Positions 60,182 to 64,000 of a stretch of DNA of 64,000 bases are shown piece after piece. The translations under genes were made by a program, and so were the position numbers. The DNA is taken from NCBI GenBank assembly GCA_010015805.1, contig ML978134.1:434001-498000 (forward strand), read 5' to 3'. Numbering within the stretch: position 1 is the stretch's first letter; each line of letters opens with the position of its first letter. Source of the stretch: Rhizodiscina lignyota (lineage: Eukaryota). Under the pieces are notes generated by a model. That model had not been told where the DNA came from. It was given only the letters and a program-made list of their open reading frames with translations, and did no database searches.

Positions 60182-61740
60182 ATGTCCTACTGGGAGGAAG
60201 ACTGGCGAGAGGATACGTTCCGCGGCCGTGGAGGCGGCGGCGGCGTGCGCTATGTCGAGCGCGATCGCGAACGTTATCTGGACCCAGGATTTGGAGCGTC
60301 AGGAGGAGGAGTCGCTCATCACCGCAGTCGCTCACACGGCGCTCAACCAGCTCCCAACCTACATATCTACAACTACAACCGCAACGATGCTGAAGCACGC
60401 TCTCCATCACCCGCAGGATACTCGCGCGGCCGCTCTCCTTCCCGAGGAACAGACTATGCGCTTCTCGACGAGGTTGAAGGACTGAGGAGAGACCTTCGCC
60501 ACCGTGAAAGCAGATCGCCAGCGCCTGTAGCTGTGGCCGCTCCCGCACCACAGCCTATAATATATCGCGACCAGTCCCCCGGGCACTATCAGAACTGGCA
60601 ACTGGAGCATATCCAGCGCGATGCCGACGAGCGCATCATGTGGGAGAGGGAGCAGAACCGGCGAAAGCTGGAGTTGCAGAGCCTGCGCGACCGGATTGGA
60701 CGTGAGGAAGAGAACACGCGTATGAAGTCCATCGAGGACCGCGCAAGATCGAGGATTGAGACGGAGAGGCTCAGGGCGGAGGCAAAAGCAGCAGAAGAGG
60801 AAATCGAAAAGGAGCGGCTGAGGGAGAAGATAATCAGGGACAAAGAAGACGAGGATAGAAAGGCGCGGGATGAACGCGCCCGGATGATGAGGGATAAAGA
60901 AGATGCGGATAGGAAGGCGAGAGAGGAACGTGACCGGATAATCAGGGAAAATGAGGAAGCAGACAGAAAGTCGAAACAAGAACGCGAGCGTGCGATCAAA
61001 GACTGGCGGCTCAAGCAAGAGGAAGAGGAGAAGGAGAGGGAGGAGGCTGAAAGACGTGCTGTAGAAAACTTTGAGAGGAGGAAGAGAAAGCAGAAGGAAG
61101 AAGAGGAAGAGCTGAAACTCAAGTTCAAGCTGCAGGAGGAGAGGGGCAAGGAGGAAGAGAAACAGCGCGAGAAGGAATACGAAATGAGGCGACGGGAGAG
61201 GGAAGAGGAGGCAAAGAGGAAGAAGAAAGAGGAAGACGAAGCGATCGCAGCCGAGATGCACAAGAGACTGGCCAAGTTCGGCTTCCAAGAGAACCAGATC
61301 GAGGCAATGATGGACCCAAAGAAGGCGGAGAAGCTGCCAATTGGAGCATCTCCCGCCAATCCCAGCACCGCACTCGCTGTCGTTAAGCCAACGTACATAA
61401 AGGTTCACAAGGACCACCTGGCTGTCGAGACGTTGAAGTACTACAGAATTCCGTACGAATTGGACCCAGTAAGTGGCAGATCCCGAAACCGAAGGTCTCG
61501 AATATAACTAATCATTTCACTCAGATCGATAACGACTACATCATCATCCTCCAGGAAATGAGTACTACTGAAACCGATATTCTCTTTGAACACACACGTC
61601 GTCTTCGCAAACCGGCACAACTGTTCATAGAGGAGAGGCCGAGTCGTGGCCGCGACCCGCAGTACGCGTGGGTGAGGAAGCCGGCGCGGAGCAAGAGCCG
61701 AAGTCGGGTACGAGAAAAGGTGGTGTTTGGGCCTCTATAG
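60182..61740 (+). CDS. Charged coiled-coil protein with a small conserved-looking fungal C-terminal domain; intron 61469-61524
   Basis: E/K/R-rich helix; spliced PTYIKVHKDHLAVETLKYYRIPYELDPIDNDYIIILQEMSTTETDILFEHTRRLR. Confidence 0.8.
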
Positions 61741-62208
61741 TAATGATACACCGGTGCTATCATGGTGTTCTTCATCTCTGACCTTTACAGATTCGTCATC
61801 TGTCAATTTGGAGTGAGCACAATCTTTCGAGCCTTTCCGGCGTTCTATTCCAGAATGGATTCCCCGCAACCTTCTGTCCTTCGCTTTGGGCGTCCGGAAT
61901 TTGAGGGTTATTTTTGATGCGTTTGTAGATGTTTGTGGTTGATTCGTTCGGTGCTTGGCTATCTTTTTGGAATCTTCCCTCTTGAGTATATACGTCGTAA
62001 GCGCACCTAGCAGATACGCCATCGCTGTAAATGAGCCTAGTAAACTTTTGCGCCCCCTCGATATGGCAAATTGGTATCATTCCATCGCCGCTCGTCGTGT
62101 GGTTTGTCCAACCATGCAATGTGAATGCAACGCCTTCAAGCCCAAATCATGTGTGCCGCCGCATGTAACGCCGGAGTCGCCCGATGTAGTCAAACGCTGT
62201 CGCTCTAC

Positions 62209-63019
62209 TTAAATTGGCTTAATCTGCAACAGAAATGTCAGCTCTTGTGGCAGCGCATGCTGGATATGCCACAATCTACCTTGAAGTGGAGCGAGATCAG
62301 CGAGAAGACCAACGCTTTCAGATCTTGAACCAAGTAATAGAAGACTCTGAGGCCCTCAGGATCTTCCGACTCCGAGACGTCTACTAAGGAGCCTATCTTC
62401 GCGGTCTGCACAGTGTGAGCTATGCCCCTCTATGCTGTTTCGTCTCTGACGTACCTCGAAGTTGATGTGATCGTTGCCCAAACGAATTTCAAGCTCCTGC
62501 CGTCCGTCCTTATTCTTCTGGGGCCAGCGCGCGTCATCTTCCCTGCCAAAGTGTTAAGGTTCGTGTAGGTGTCAGGTCTGGGTTGAGGAGCCGTACTTCA
62601 TAATCTCGCTGTCTTTGACGATACGCCTGATCTCAGATATCATGAGAGAGCTAACGCACACTGTTCAAGGTGATGGTAAGCTTCGTATTCCGCTCAACTC
62701 AACACACACGAGCGTAGAAGTGGCGGACATACTCTCTTTGCGAATTAGGGTGTCATTGCGGTAGTTTGAGTTGTTCGCGTAGCGCAACGATGCACTTCGG
62801 CCGTCTCCAAGAACCCGGACATCGAATTCTGAAGGATAGTTAGTGAGATAAGCCTCTATAGAGTAGCTGTTGCTGAATTGATCCTACCCAGGAATTCGTG
62901 TCCATGACGTCCAGAGTGTCCTGAGCTATGATTTACGCGTTAGTTTTACTGGCATTAGAATTTGAAGTGCTGCCTCACTAGTATCGAAGGTAGAACTCGT
63001 TATTTGCGGTGGTCGACAT
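62209..63019 (-). CDS. mago: Mago nashi (exon junction complex); 6 introns, mostly missed by the ORF track
   Basis: Spliced [22 protein letters not shown]...[18 protein letters not shown]...GRQELEI...[42 protein letters not shown]. Confidence 0.97.
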
Positions 63020-63411
63020 GTTGACTGTTGTTGAAAGGTCGAGGCTATCTCGAGCTGGCCTTGAAGTTGTATGCAATTGCGGGACGTATTTGAAGTTCTG
63101 CCGGCTTTCACCGCCTTCCAGCACACCCTGGAGCGTCAACTTGTCCTGAAGAGGGATTTCAGAGAAGAGCGCGTTAAATGTCCAAATCTTACGCACCAAG
63201 TAATTATAACGTACAATTTTATTGCCTTCTCTAGCTGACAATGGCAGGCTTCCAAATGTTGCCATGAATCTTGAACAACGCAGCTTTCCCACTCCGAAGT
63301 CATACCGCATTCCAGAAAGCTGAGCACCACGGTGGAGACTCAGCATACACCTTCTTCGAGCGAAATCCCGTTCAAACCACCTTCCAATCCTTCCTCTGAA
63401 TCTCTTACAAG

Positions 63412-64000
63412 ATGGCGACCTTCCTAGATACGGCGTACAGCTTGGTCCACCAGGACAACACGGCGGACCAGCCTACGTTGCAGGAGCTGAAGACGCAACT
63501 CGAGAAGGGCACCGATGATTCCAAAGTCGAAACAATGAAGCGGATATTGACAATCATGCTCAATGGGGACCCTATGATTGGACTGCTCATGCACATTATC
63601 CGTTTTGTCATGCCGTCGAAGAGCAAGCCTCTGAAGAAGCTGTTGTACCTGTATTACGAGATATGTCCCAAGCTTGACAACAGCGGCAAATTGAGGCAGG
63701 AGTGGATCCTGGTTTGGTAAGTGCCTTCTGGGCTTCGATCAAAGTCTATTTTACACCTGATTTAATACGAATACAGCAATGGTATCCGATTAGACCTTCA
63801 ACATCCCAACGAATACGTTCGAGGCAACACTCTTCGCTTCCTCTGCAAGCTTCGAGAGGCAGAGTTGGTCGAGCCTCTCCTACAACCAGCGCGTCAGTGC
63901 CTCGAGCATCGCCATGCATACGTTCGAAAGAATGCTGTCTTTGCCATCGCATCCATCTATCAACATCTCGAGCAGCTCATCCCGGACGCCCCGGAGCTCC
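63412..64000 (+). CDS. sec26: Coatomer subunit beta (beta-COP), 5' part only
   Basis: [30 protein letters not shown], spliced [29 protein letters not shown]. Confidence 0.96.

Noticed and set aside
60407..61417. Long minus-strand ORFs (336 and 269 aa)
   Set aside because: Antisense shadows of the E/K/R-rich plus-strand gene; low-complexity L/F/S translation
1..64000. CRISPR arrays, rRNA, intact transposons or a secondary-metabolite cluster
   Set aside because: None seen; the DNA is eukaryotic and shows no repeat-spacer arrays, transposase/RT or PKS/NRPS genes

Overview
Gene-dense 64 kb window from a filamentous ascomycete (Pezizomycotina, probably Eurotiomycetes-like), with short GT-AG introns carrying CTRAC branch sites. 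It holds about 30 protein-coding genes and one intron-containing tRNA-Asn(GTT). Conserved genes include a stomatin-like protein, a U1-type zinc-finger protein, a HAD hydrolase, P5C dehydrogenase (put2), an NADPH alcohol dehydrogenase, cpc-1/GCN4 with two uORFs, prefoldin subunits 5 and 1, erb1, a GH2 hydrolase, hei10, ckb1, opi3, beta-tubulin, alkaline ceramidase, mago nashi and sec26. The best candidate for an undescribed system is a head-to-head gene pair at ~17.0-22.9 kb. One gene encodes a 1437-aa fusion of a trypsin-like serine protease (intact H/D/S motifs) and a HET cell-death domain, with an inserted IQ motif and two transmembrane helices. The other encodes an uncharacterised protein with a C-terminal membrane helix. 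The layout resembles fungal protease/effector immunity pairs. Other notable items are a large protein ending in a HicA-toxin-like domain, the non-AUG N-terminal extension of cpc-1, a degenerate MYND paralog, an endosulfine with a variant phospho-motif, and four AAG 3' splice sites. All calls come from reading the sequence; no database searches were run.
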